This document shows, in pieces, positions 9,152-19,100 of a stretch of 64,000 nucleotides of DNA (its first letter is position 1; every line of letters starts with the position of its first letter). Below the pieces are notes generated by a model, which searched no databases, had not been told where the DNA came from, and saw only the letters and a list, made by a program, of their open reading frames with translations. The stretch lies in sequence record LR756502.1. One strand, given 5' to 3'. The position numbers and the translations under genes were made by a program.

Positions 9152-10894
9152 ATGATAATATGTGAAATAGGAATTCGAGGATATAAGTCGTTTGGTAACA
9201 ATGAGCAGGTCTTAAATCTCAAGACTGATAAAGGTGAATTATTACTCTTGGTTGGTAATAATGGGAATGGTAAGTCATCTCTCTTGGAGTCATTTGAGTA
9301 TTGTTTATATGGTAAAGTTAAATCAGGTAAAGCTAAAAAATGGAATAAACTATCATCATTACCAAATAGGATAAATGGTGAATTGCAGAATAGAATTAAG
9401 TTTATTTCAAATGGTGTAGAGATTGAGGTAAAAAGGGGTATATCTCCTAGTATTCTTGAGTTATGGGAGAATGGCATTTTAAATGAGAGAGCTGGTAAAG
9501 CTAATCTTGATGAGAAGATAGAGAAGTATATAGGATTGGATGTTGAGACATTTAAATCATTTATATCTTTAAGTGTGAATGACTTTAAAAACTTTATATC
9601 TCTATCAAATGAAGAAAAACAATTACTTCTTGATAAGTTATTTAACCTTGAGGTTATTAACATATTAAACAATATTCTAAAGGATATCAATAAGAATAAT
9701 AAAATAAGAATGGCTTCCTTGGATTCAGAAATTAGAACACTAGATGAGTCTGTTGATTCTATTAAGAGGTCTATTCAGAAGGCTATTGAAAGAGAGAAGG
9801 AAGAAGCTAAAATTCTACTTGAAAGAGAGAAGGTTGATATTCAACTTGAAATTGATAAACTTACCGAAGAGATGAACTCTAAGAAAGATGATTATAAATC
9901 ATTGAAGGAGAAAATTGATAAGATAAAGGAGAAGGAGAATGAATTAAATGAAGAAATTGATAAGGAGAAGAAACAGTATATAAATACTCAAAACGATATC
10001 AAAAACGTTCAGAAAGAGATTGACTTATATGATTCTGGTAAATGCCCAACTTGTAAAACAGATTTTACTGAATCAGAACACTTTTCAAATTTAAGAAGCG
10101 CTTTGGTTGAGAAAAAAGTCGGGTTTGAATCTATCAAAGTAGAGATAGAAGAAAACATTAGACTAGTTAAAGAAAAACAAGTTAAGTTGAAATCAATATC
10201 TGATAAAACTACAACTTCTTTTAATGATCTAAACTTTCTTCTTAGAAACTATAAGTCTCAAATAGATAAACTAGTTCAAAAGAAATCAGATGAGTCTACT
10301 CCTCTTGTCACAAAACCATCTATTAATATTCAAGAGTTTCAAAATACAATTGATGAACTTACTCAAAAGAGATCTATTGGTTTTGATAACTCTACTATCT
10401 GTAAAGAGAAGGAAATGTTTTATAAGGAGTTGAATAAGATATTTGGTGAAGATGGTGTTAAGAAATCGATAATATCTGGTATTATTAAGCCAATTAATCA
10501 TTTTATTGCCGAGAATACTAAGAAGATGGGTCTACCATTTGATGTTAGATTGGATGAGACATTTACTGCTGAGATAAGACAACTCGGTTCAATAATAGAA
10601 CATGATTCACTATCAACAGGTGAGACTAAGAAGGTAAATATTGCTATATTAATAGCTTATTTAAAGTTAATACGAACTAAGAAGCATATAAATATTCTAT
10701 TTTTGGATGAGGTATTCTCTTCAATAGATATTGAGGGCATTGATTCAATATTGGCTTTGTTGAAGTCATTTGCTAATGATTATAATATAAATATACTTGT
10801 AGTTCATCATGCTATTCTAAATCAGGAAATGTTCGATAGGATATTGAAGATAAACAAAGAGATATTCTCTTCAATAGAAGAGATAGTATATTAA
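9152..10894 (+). CDS. sbcC: gp46/SbcC/Rad50-like recombination ATPase
   Basis: Walker A GNNGNGKSS, coiled coils, CPTC zinc hook, LSTGE signature, LFLDE Walker B, H-loop. Confidence 0.92.
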   Translation: MIICEIGIRGYKSFGNNEQVLNLKTDKGELLLLVGNNGNGKSSLLESFEYCLYGKVKSGKAKKWNKLSSLPNRINGELQNRIKFISNGVEIEVKRGISPSILELWENGILNERAGKANLDEKIEKYIGLDVETFKSFISLSVNDFKNFISLSNEEKQLLLDKLFNLEVINILNNILKDINKNNKIRMASLDSEIRTLDESVDSIKRSIQKAIEREKEEAKILLEREKVDIQLEIDKLTEEMNSKKDDYKSLKEKIDKIKEKENELNEEIDKEKKQYINTQNDIKNVQKEIDLYDSGKCPTCKTDFTESEHFSNLRSALVEKKVGFESIKVEIEENIRLVKEKQVKLKSISDKTTTSFNDLNFLLRNYKSQIDKLVQKKSDESTPLVTKPSINIQEFQNTIDELTQKRSIGFDNSTICKEKEMFYKELNKIFGEDGVKKSIISGIIKPINHFIAENTKKMGLPFDVRLDETFTAEIRQLGSIIEHDSLSTGETKKVNIAILIAYLKLIRTKKHINILFLDEVFSSIDIEGIDSILALLKSFANDYNINILVVHHAILNQEMFDRILKINKEIFSSIEEIVY

Positions 10895-10905
10895 ATATTT
10901 TTTAT

Positions 10906-10913
10906 TATATTTG
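10906..10913 (+). promoter_or_regulatory. Bacteroidota-type -7 element TATATTTG
   Basis: Matches TAnnTTTG, 5 nt before the ATG at 10919; no clear -33. Confidence 0.45.
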
Positions 10914-10918
10914 TAATT

Positions 10919-11134
10919 ATGATTGAGTTGCCAAACGTAAAGGATTTGATGTATCTTATTGAAATCTTTGATAGGAAAAAATTAGCTATATATAGTCAGA
11001 AATATCAAGATGCTGCTAAGTTAAGAGATATAGAGAGGGATTTTCTTAAAAGGTTTGGTATGTCATTTTCATCAACAAGACAAGATATTGTTATCTTGAT
11101 AAGAGAATTAAAATTGAATGATGTAATTGGTTAG
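10919..11134 (+). CDS. UVR-motif mini-protein with a C-terminal RxxKL motif
   Basis: AIYSQKYQDAAKLRDIE (UvrB/C-type coiled coil); ends RELKLNDVIG. Confidence 0.65.
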   Translation: MIELPNVKDLMYLIEIFDRKKLAIYSQKYQDAAKLRDIERDFLKRFGMSFSSTRQDIVILIRELKLNDVIG

Positions 11135-12663
11135 CAGTTATCACAGCTTATCATACCATTACCATTACACTCTTCACAGGTAGTTCTTCCATTTCCATCA
11201 CAATTGTCACATTCAACCTCACCATCACCACCACATTTTGAGCATTTTATTATACCCTCAACACAATAGGGGTTATTACATGATATAGATATTCCATCAT
11301 CTTCAATTTTTCCTGTTCCTTTACACACTGCACATGCCTCCTCACCATCACCACTGCATTTATCACACTCTATTACTTCATTTCCATCACAAACAGAGCA
11401 TATAACATCTCCTCTTCCATCACATTCACCGCACTCATATTCACCATCACCACCACATCTTTCACACTCACCTCCAGAGTACCCGCCATCAGTATCTTCT
11501 AAGGTAAGAGAACCACTACTTCTGCAATTTCCAATCTCACCTTTTTCTGGATTATAGTATTTTAGTGTATCTAAATATGGGTAATTATCATATCTTCTTG
11601 GTTTTAGTTTAACATCTAATTCTATCCTTCTTACACTTCCATCTGGTGCAAATGTATCATTTCCTGTTCCACTTGAGTTTTGATATTTGCAATAGAATCC
11701 ATTCTTTTTAGCATATTGTCTAAATAGTTCAACATCGGAATCTTCGTGTGTGTAGATTCTATCCATGAACATCTTGTCATCATTAAGCTTCCAAACTAAA
11801 GCTCTTCCCCTTATTTTATTTGGACTATCCGGTGATTTGTATATAACTAGGCTAATCTTATCTGGATTTGAACAATAGATGTCAAAGAAATCATCACTTA
11901 CATTAGCCATACAAGATGATCCAAGAGTACCTCTATCAGTACCTTTTTCATATCTTTCATAATCATACCACTCAGCTATACTATATCCATTAACTATTTC
12001 GAAGTTTGAGAATATATCATTTATAGAATCAATTGTTGCTTTGTATTTATTTACAAAATCTTCAATTTCTTTATCCGATATTTCTACCTTTGCTGTGTTT
12101 AATAATGTTCTAACTCCTCTTCCAACTCTTATAATTTGTCTACTTATTTTAAAGAAATCTGAAGGATCTTCTCCACTTCCTAATCTAAGAGCTTCTATGT
12201 TTACTGGGATTGGCTTATATTCTGTATCGTCTGGTATAAATACGACAAATTTCTTTTGACTAACTGGTGATATTACTTCCTTACCAAGGGTACCCATTGT
12301 GCCTATTGGTGGTTCTGTCTCAATTTGCTTTCTCTCTAATTCCAGAGGCTCCCATAGATAATTAAATCTAGAATCAGAGTCTAAGAATTTACCAGTTATT
12401 GAATATCTCCATTTATTTTTGTTATTATCTAATATTTCTTTAACTTTTCTATCTGGAGTGAATGATATTGTATCATTTGCATCACTTATGTCGAAATAGT
12501 TTGATTGAACTGGATAATCTTTATTCTCTATATCTAATAGAGAATCCGATACTGGTCCTCCAATCTTTTTAAGAACCTTTCTAAGCTTTTCAGAGTATTT
12601 AACATCTGATTCAAGAATAAGTTCAAAATTTTCATTTATAAATTCAAAGTACTTCTTCACCAT
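11131..12663 (-). CDS. putative internal head protein with a C-terminal array of CxxCxGxG zinc-finger repeats
   Basis: N-terminus MVKKYFEFINE; central SSCM...GRALVW...MDRIY block; about 10 CxxC units, most followed by xGxG. Confidence 0.7.
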   Translation of the reverse strand: MVKKYFEFINENFELILESDVKYSEKLRKVLKKIGGPVSDSLLDIENKDYPVQSNYFDISDANDTISFTPDRKVKEILDNNKNKWRYSITGKFLDSDSRFNYLWEPLELERKQIETEPPIGTMGTLGKEVISPVSQKKFVVFIPDDTEYKPIPVNIEALRLGSGEDPSDFFKISRQIIRVGRGVRTLLNTAKVEISDKEIEDFVNKYKATIDSINDIFSNFEIVNGYSIAEWYDYERYEKGTDRGTLGSSCMANVSDDFFDIYCSNPDKISLVIYKSPDSPNKIRGRALVWKLNDDKMFMDRIYTHEDSDVELFRQYAKKNGFYCKYQNSSGTGNDTFAPDGSVRRIELDVKLKPRRYDNYPYLDTLKYYNPEKGEIGNCRSSGSLTLEDTDGGYSGGECERCGGDGEYECGECDGRGDVICSVCDGNEVIECDKCSGDGEEACAVCKGTGKIEDDGISISCNNPYCVEGIIKCSKCGGDGEVECDNCDGNGRTTCEECNGNGMISCDNC

Positions 12664-12668
12664 ATTCT

Positions 12669-12677
12669 TATATATTA
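12669..12677 (-). promoter_or_regulatory. TAATATATA element
   Basis: Exact motif 5 nt before the start at 12663. Confidence 0.6.
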
Positions 12678-12717
12678 ATTGTTATAAACCAAATTGATTA
12701 TTTTTTATATAAAAAGT

Positions 12718-13191
12718 ATGGATAAAATTACAAAAACGTATTTGATAATATCAGATACTACGGATTATCAAAACCCTTTAATTGGTACGCAATCATTCTA
12801 TTATGCTGTGGAACAGTCCACACTCCCAGATTTTAATTTGTCTCCGATTGCAATGAGTCCTAATCATGATGAAATTGTCTTAGTTTTTAATATTGATACT
12901 ACTGAGATATTTAATATGTTTGCGGATTCTAAAAAAAGAAGAAGAGTTGCCTGTGTTGTTCAATTTTGGGGGAATGTTAGTCAGGTATTTATATATATAA
13001 ATCCATTATTGGTAAGTAGAGAGTATTCTTCTCTATTGAGATCTAGATCAACTCTTAGGTTCAGGTTTGATCAGCAATCATTTTCTGAAAAAAGTAAAGA
13101 CAATACTAAATACTGGGTTAGGCAATTAGTACATCATAGAAGAGAAGAAAGGCTTGAGGAATTACTTGGTAATGATATTGATAAGATATGA
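12718..13191 (+). CDS. hypothetical protein with a RxxKI-like motif near the C-terminus
   Basis: REERLEELLG; ATG at 12718 preferred over TTG at 12694. Confidence 0.6.
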   Translation: MDKITKTYLIISDTTDYQNPLIGTQSFYYAVEQSTLPDFNLSPIAMSPNHDEIVLVFNIDTTEIFNMFADSKKRRRVACVVQFWGNVSQVFIYINPLLVSREYSSLLRSRSTLRFRFDQQSFSEKSKDNTKYWVRQLVHHRREERLEELLGNDIDKI

Positions 13192-13400
13192 AGTTTAAAG
13201 TTGGTGATATAGTATCACATGTGAATTCCTTTAATAGATTTTATGTTGTTATTGCTGACTATAAGAATGGTCAGTATGAAGTTGAAGACTATGACCCTAT
13301 ACTTGAAAATAAAGAGAAACATGTTTTTATTGGTAAGTATTTATTGACAAAGTCTTATAGAAGAAACTATGTTATTGATGACCTAATTAATAAGAAATAA
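13188..13400 (+). CDS. small SH3/KOW-like protein with a C-terminal RxxKI-like motif
   Basis: MKFKVGDIV start; ends RRNYVIDDLINKK. Confidence 0.6.
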   Translation: MKFKVGDIVSHVNSFNRFYVVIADYKNGQYEVEDYDPILENKEKHVFIGKYLLTKSYRRNYVIDDLINKK

Positions 13401-13429
13401 ACTTTTAAATAAAAAGTAATAAGAATAAT

Positions 13430-13636
13430 ATGGCAATACCAATTATGGGTCCAGTTGGACCAATGGGACCTCCCGGAGCTCCTGGATTATCAGTTGATGC
13501 GCTTGTTGAGTATACAGATATTCTATTTAGTTTAATGGGTGTTGATATAACCTTTGATAGATTTCAATCGATGTCTACTGGTGAGAGACTTCAATTTGTA
13601 AGAGATTTAAAAATTAATAAAATAATAAATGAATAA
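13430..13636 (+). CDS. mini-protein with a collagen-like start and C-terminal RxxKI motif
   Basis: GPV-GPM-GPP-GAP-GLS triplets; ends RDLKINKIINE. Confidence 0.65.
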   Translation: MAIPIMGPVGPMGPPGAPGLSVDALVEYTDILFSLMGVDITFDRFQSMSTGERLQFVRDLKINKIINE

Positions 13637-13871
13637 TAATATGATAATTTCTTTTGATCCAGCAAATTCTACTGGAGGCCTTGCTTTATCTCAAGTGGGT
13701 ACTGGTACTAGTTGGGTAAAAATGCCATCTGATAATGATATGGTAGATTTTTGTGAATTAGTTTTAGCTGTATTGGGACATGATATTACGTATCAAGATT
13801 TTCAAAAAATGTCTAAAGTAGAAAGAAATTCTTTACTTAGAGATATAAAAATTAAAAGAGTATTAGACTAA
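13629..13871 (+). CDS. paralog of 13430-13636 with a different N-terminus
   Basis: Shared C-half (LGHDITYQDFQKMS..ER...RDIKIKRVL vs MGVDITFDRFQSMS..ER...RDLKINKII). Confidence 0.65.
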   Translation: MNNNMIISFDPANSTGGLALSQVGTGTSWVKMPSDNDMVDFCELVLAVLGHDITYQDFQKMSKVERNSLLRDIKIKRVLD

Positions 13872-14068
13872 TGTTAATAATAAAAGTGGATGAAAAAGAG
13901 ACTATTGAGAAGGCTCTTAAGAGATATAAGAGAAAATTTGATAAGTCTCAAGTAGTTAAACAACTTCGTGAAAGGAAGCAATTTACTAAAAAGTCAATAA
14001 GAAAAAGAGAACAACTTAAAAAGGCTATCTATGTTCAAGATAAGTTTGGGTCTCCAGAAAATGATTAA
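13871..14068 (+). CDS. rpsU: 30S ribosomal protein bS21 (Bacteroidota type)
   Basis: MLIIKV...IEKALKRYKRKFDK...LRERKQF.K.S..KR...KA.Y; Tyr at position 54. Confidence 0.95.
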   Translation: MLIIKVDEKETIEKALKRYKRKFDKSQVVKQLRERKQFTKKSIRKREQLKKAIYVQDKFGSPEND

Positions 14069-14073
14069 TTAAA

Positions 14074-14529
14074 ATGGGGTTCGGTAAAAGATACATCAGT
14101 AGAGATACAATAATTAACACACTAGTAAATGGTGGTAGTCTATCAAAACTAAGAAAAGCGGATGCTTTGATAGTTATGGATCCTTGGTCCTATAATTTTT
14201 TTGAAGATTATAACAATGACCAAAAATATATTACAGATAGAGACTTATTACTAGATGACACAAAATATTCATCTTTTCACGAATCAATACACACTCATAA
14301 GAACTTTCAAAATTTAAAAAATCTTCCTAATATTTTAGAAAATCTATATATTTCCCCAAGTTGGGTGGATATATTATTGACATTTGAAATACTTGGTAGT
14401 GATGGAGTTGATGAATCCTCTCGTGGTAAATTTGAAAATCTTAAGAATATCTGCATTGATAAAATTAAAAACTACTATATGGTTGAGTCAAGAAATAAAT
14501 CAATTAGTGAAATAATAAAAAAAGATTAG
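14074..14529 (+). CDS. hypothetical protein with a C-terminal RxxKI-like motif
   Basis: Ends RNKSISEIIKKD. Confidence 0.6.
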   Translation: MGFGKRYISRDTIINTLVNGGSLSKLRKADALIVMDPWSYNFFEDYNNDQKYITDRDLLLDDTKYSSFHESIHTHKNFQNLKNLPNILENLYISPSWVDILLTFEILGSDGVDESSRGKFENLKNICIDKIKNYYMVESRNKSISEIIKKD

Positions 14530-14548
14530 TATTTTTAATAAATAACTT

Positions 14549-15259
14549 ATGGATACTAAAAAGAACTACTACGGAATACTTGGAGTTAATCATGACTCAA
14601 CAGAAAAAGAGATAAAGAAAGCCTATTATAAGCTATCTTTTACACACCATCCTGATAAATCAGGTGATCCGGTGATATTTAATGAAATAAATGAAGCATA
14701 TAACATACTATGTGGTGAATCTAAAACAGATTACGACCTTAAAAGTAGATATGGTAAGAATTACAATGAGTATTTTGAGTTATTTGATATAAAGGTTGAC
14801 TTTACTCACGATGATGGTAAGGAGAAAATAGAAGCATTTAAGAGAAATTCAATACTAAATATACCAATAGAAGTAGATGATACTTTCAATGGGTCAATTG
14901 AGTATGAAAGATGGGTTAAATGTAAAACTTGTGATGGTAGTGGTAAGGATTTATCATCAAAAATAGTCATAAAGGATAATAACGGTAACGTATTAAAGAC
15001 CTTTGATGCTGATGATGGGTGTGACTTCTGTGAGGGTTCTGGTAAAGATTTTAGAGGTGGTCCTTGTTCTTTCTGCTCTGGTAAGGGTAAGGTAGGTCTA
15101 ACCCCTTGTAAGACTTGTAATGGTGAAAAGAGAGTATTGGGTAAGCAAAAACTAAAAGGTCTTAAGCTTGATGGTGTTGAAACTAAGATAGAGGCTATGG
15201 GTCACTACTCAAAGGATGAGGCTGGTAAGGCTGGATATGTTCTTTTAATTAAAAAGTAA
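14549..15259 (+). CDS. dnaJ: DnaJ-like co-chaperone (J domain plus zinc finger, shortened C-terminus)
   Basis: NYYGILGV...HPDK J domain; four CxxCxGxG/K repeats. Confidence 0.9.
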   Translation: MDTKKNYYGILGVNHDSTEKEIKKAYYKLSFTHHPDKSGDPVIFNEINEAYNILCGESKTDYDLKSRYGKNYNEYFELFDIKVDFTHDDGKEKIEAFKRNSILNIPIEVDDTFNGSIEYERWVKCKTCDGSGKDLSSKIVIKDNNGNVLKTFDADDGCDFCEGSGKDFRGGPCSFCSGKGKVGLTPCKTCNGEKRVLGKQKLKGLKLDGVETKIEAMGHYSKDEAGKAGYVLLIKK

Positions 15260-15264
15260 TTAAA

Positions 15265-15296
15265 TTTGGTGGATTGAAATAAGTTCCTTATATTTG
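15265..15296 (+). promoter_or_regulatory. Bacteroidota housekeeping-sigma promoter (-33 TTTG, -7 TATATTTG)
   Basis: TTTG 15265-15268, 20-nt spacer, TATATTTG 15289-15296. Confidence 0.8.
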
Positions 15297-15327
15297 TATA
15301 TAATTAACCACTTAAACTATAACCACT

Positions 15328-15534
15328 ATGTTTAACTCAAAATTAAAGGACTTCGGTGTCTTAAAAATCGATAGAAATATCGTGAAAGTGTTTGAAACAA
15401 CAACACAATACTCTAATCTTAATGTTGGTCAAGAAATTGTAGACGCTCGATGGGCAGGCAATTGTATTCTTGTAAACTTAAAAGACGGTAAGGTACGTAG
15501 ATACTCTACTCTTAGTGTATATACTACAATCTAA
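15328..15534 (+). CDS. hypothetical beta-rich protein
   Basis: 68 aa, first gene after a host-type promoter. Confidence 0.6.
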   Translation: MFNSKLKDFGVLKIDRNIVKVFETTTQYSNLNVGQEIVDARWAGNCILVNLKDGKVRRYSTLSVYTTI

Positions 15535-15582
15535 TCTAAATTTGAAATAATTAGTACTAACCAAATAAACCCACTAAATCCT

Positions 15583-16143
15583 ATGAAAATGATAAAAAAC
15601 TTGCTTATTGGTCTAATGACCTTGATTACGTTAAATTCCTTTGCTACACCTGTAGTACATGCTGTTATTCGTGGAACAACAATAAGTGTTACTTGTAATG
15701 TTGGTGATACTTTGAAATTCTATGCGACCACCGCTTCAATGTATGGTGTTACAATAAATACTACATTGGTAGTCACACCACACTCTGTAATAGCTCCGTT
15801 ATACTACATTGGGTATTATGTTATTGTTGGTGGTGAGACATCATTTATTATTAATTCAAGTGTTAATTGGTCAGGAACAATCACAGTTAATTCTGGTGTT
15901 GGAATTAATGAGTTTTCTGATACTAATATTATTGAGATATTCCCAAACCCAGTTGTTGACTTCTTAAAAATTAAGACTACTGAAAAGACAAAGGTAAGTA
16001 TTTTTAATATCTCTGGCCAATTAGTATTATCTAAAGATATTGATGAAGCTGGAACCACCGAAATAGATATGACTACATTTACAAACGGTATCTACTTTGT
16101 TGTTGTTGGTGGTGATAAAGCAAAGAAGATTGTAAAACAATAA
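15583..16143 (+). CDS. secreted protein with a T9SS type-A C-terminal sorting domain
   Basis: Sec signal peptide MKMIKNLLIGLMTLITLNSFA; CTD IFPNPV.D.L.I...IFNISGQLV...IDMTTFTNGIYFV...KKIVKQ. Confidence 0.9.
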   Translation: MKMIKNLLIGLMTLITLNSFATPVVHAVIRGTTISVTCNVGDTLKFYATTASMYGVTINTTLVVTPHSVIAPLYYIGYYVIVGGETSFIINSSVNWSGTITVNSGVGINEFSDTNIIEIFPNPVVDFLKIKTTEKTKVSIFNISGQLVLSKDIDEAGTTEIDMTTFTNGIYFVVVGGDKAKKIVKQ

Positions 16144-16162
16144 CCTATTTGAATAAATTGAT

Positions 16163-16196
16163 AAAAAAGGAGACTAAATTAGTCTCCTTTTTTTTT
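16163..16196. terminator. bidirectional intrinsic terminator
   Basis: AAAAGGAGACT-AAATT-AGTCTCCTTTT with A/T tracts on both sides, between convergent genes. Confidence 0.85.
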
Positions 16197-16198
16197 AT

Positions 16199-19100
16199 TT
16201 AAGGTCCAACGAAGATATCTAACGCAGATGCTTCATAGGTTGGGTTTGTTACAATACCACCACCAATGCCTATACCAACTCCACTTATTGGTGTGAATGA
16301 TTGTTGTGTATGAACACTTCCTAATCCAATACTTATATTGTCTATGAAAGAGAAGTTAGAGTTTGTATAATCTATGAATGGTGCTATTCCTTGCCAAGGG
16401 ATAGATACTCCTTTATAAATATTGTCATCAAGGAAGTATTGGAAGAATGGTATCATATCCACCTCATAGTATTTTAGATTATCCATTACTACCTTAGACT
16501 GATAATATCCATCAGTTGTAGAATTGTCTGATATATCATCAAAACTAGTTCCCAAATCATCATTACCTAATAACTTCATTGATAGTGATGGTTTGTTATA
16601 GAAATATTCATACTTTTTAATACCTGGTGTTTCTAAGTGATTTACATTTTCATAGATTGGTAGATATGACATTACTGGGTAATATACATATGTTACTATT
16701 CCAAAAACTCCTAAATCGAATGATATAGTATTCCTAAATTGATTAATATTACTAAAATTTAGTACTGGTATAGGGTGTAAGTTTGATACCGGATCTATAT
16801 ATGTTATTCCTGTTGCTGTTGTTTCGGAATACTCTGATGCTTGATAATATGTCGAACTAGTTCCTGTTGAGTATGATTTTATATCAAGCTCAACAACAGT
16901 GTATCTGTTGTTACTTATATCAATATTGGTATTATTTAATATTGATCCACTCATTGTTGATGTTATTATTAGCTCCTCACCTTTTATTTGATACTCATCA
17001 CTAACACCACTATTGTATGTTGGGTCCTCAATACTTCTTTCAAACTTAGAGTATGTTCCTGAGAATGTCCATCCGAAGCTAAGGAATGTATTCAAACCAA
17101 TTCCTGTATCACCATTCATATCAAAAGGACTCTCAAACTCAGAACCTATTCCAATTTGGTCTTGGTATATCTTATACTTTGTGCCTAATTTGTAATTTTT
17201 CTTATTGAAAGTATATGAATCTCTGAATGTTGATATACTTGATAGTACATCATTTGTTGGATATCCATATAGATTATTCTGAGTATATTCTAACTTAGCA
17301 GTAGTATCATATAACCTAACAGGCTTGCCTATATTAACTGCACTTGTGTTATAGTAGTTGACATCAATCCATGAGTTAAACTGAAATACTTCTTCTGATG
17401 ATCCGGTATTTTGTGATGATACTTTACCAGCAATATTATTATCATAGAATCTAAAATTCTGAATAAGTCCAGTTGCTCTTGTATTAGAGGATGTTCCTCC
17501 TTCTAGTACCGATGAGTTTGCAAAAGCCTTGTCAAGTACTAGTAGATTATCATCCACTACATATGTTACATTTGCATTACCATCGTAGTTTGGATTTATT
17601 GACTTGTCGAATTTATCAATACTTATAACATCACCTACAACATACCCATGTGGTGTACTAAAAGATAGACCTAGTTTCCCATCAAATGTACTATCGATTC
17701 CAAAATCTGATCCTGTTATGTAGTATGTGTCATCAAAAACATATGATTCATATGTTGAGTTGAAGTGACCACCATCAAATATACCATCAATCCAGTGAGT
17801 ATCAACCATTTCAGTTATTCTAGGGAAGCCTTTGAATAGACCATAGTTCCAAATACCAGTATAGTATCCATTTAGGAACGCTCCACTTAACCAAACATTC
17901 TTTGTTACTTTAATCTTATGATTATCAGAGTCTTTTTCAATTCTTCTGAATGGGAAACTAACATCAGTTTCAACAATAATTGATGAGTCTGATTTGTTTA
18001 TTATAGTAAAGTAACCCTTTAATAGCTTTCTGGTCTCATTAATATCTATAGCTACAATATTACTAATAGAGATTCTGTCGCCTATTTCAAATTGACCAGC
18101 TGATGATGTAGGTCCAGTTAATTGAATTCTCCATCTTCTATCTGCTATTGTTCTAAATGCAACTCCAACATTATCAAACTCATATATCTGTGTATCAACT
18201 CTCCATCCACTATTCCATACACCATTTTCCCATACACCCGCTCTAAATGTTCCATTTCCGAATTGAGCATTTATTAGATTTAGGTTTGATGGTGTTCCAT
18301 TTATAGTTGACCCACTACCAACAATAAAACTAAAAGTCATACCATCAGTTGCTGTTCCTAATATTTGTAAATATGTTGGATCTGAGTATACATCACTTTC
18401 AGTGAATAAGAATTGTTCATTATTATTTGGATGGTATCCACCTTCAATTGTTGGATTTATAATACCCGCAACAAACCCACTGACATCACTTGTTGTTCCA
18501 CCAACAATGTATAAGAACTGACCATTTCCTTGCAATCCATATATTTGATGTGGTGTTGATTGAGTTGAAAATTGACTTTGAGTTAGTGTATATAGTGCTC
18601 CCGCTCCTATAGCCCCTGCGTATGAGTCTCCCTGATATATACTAAATCCATCACTAGCACTACCACCACTTGTTATATACTCAAAGTTTAGGTTATAGTA
18701 GCTATATATAACAGATTTTGAAATATAGTTTGTTGATATATCATTGTTTGTTGATAGTCCGGTTGCTCCCATTGTTGGGACTGGTTTATTTGTCCACCAA
18801 AATGTATTTATTGACTTTTCATATGACCAACCATCATAGTTAACATCATTTAATGACGCTGTTGTTCCTGGACTAAATCTTTTATAACCAGATATTTTCC
18901 AATCTAACTCATTGACCTTAATATTTGTTATTCTAGGAGATGTTGATGAATTACCACACATTGATCCGGTTGCAAATATAGATATTGAGTATACTGTTGA
19001 TGTGTTTGATGAAGGACTTGAATAGAAGAAGTATCTAGCACCAGCCGCTGCATCAACACTAACCACTCTATCAATTCTAGCATCAGAGAATATTGAGTTG

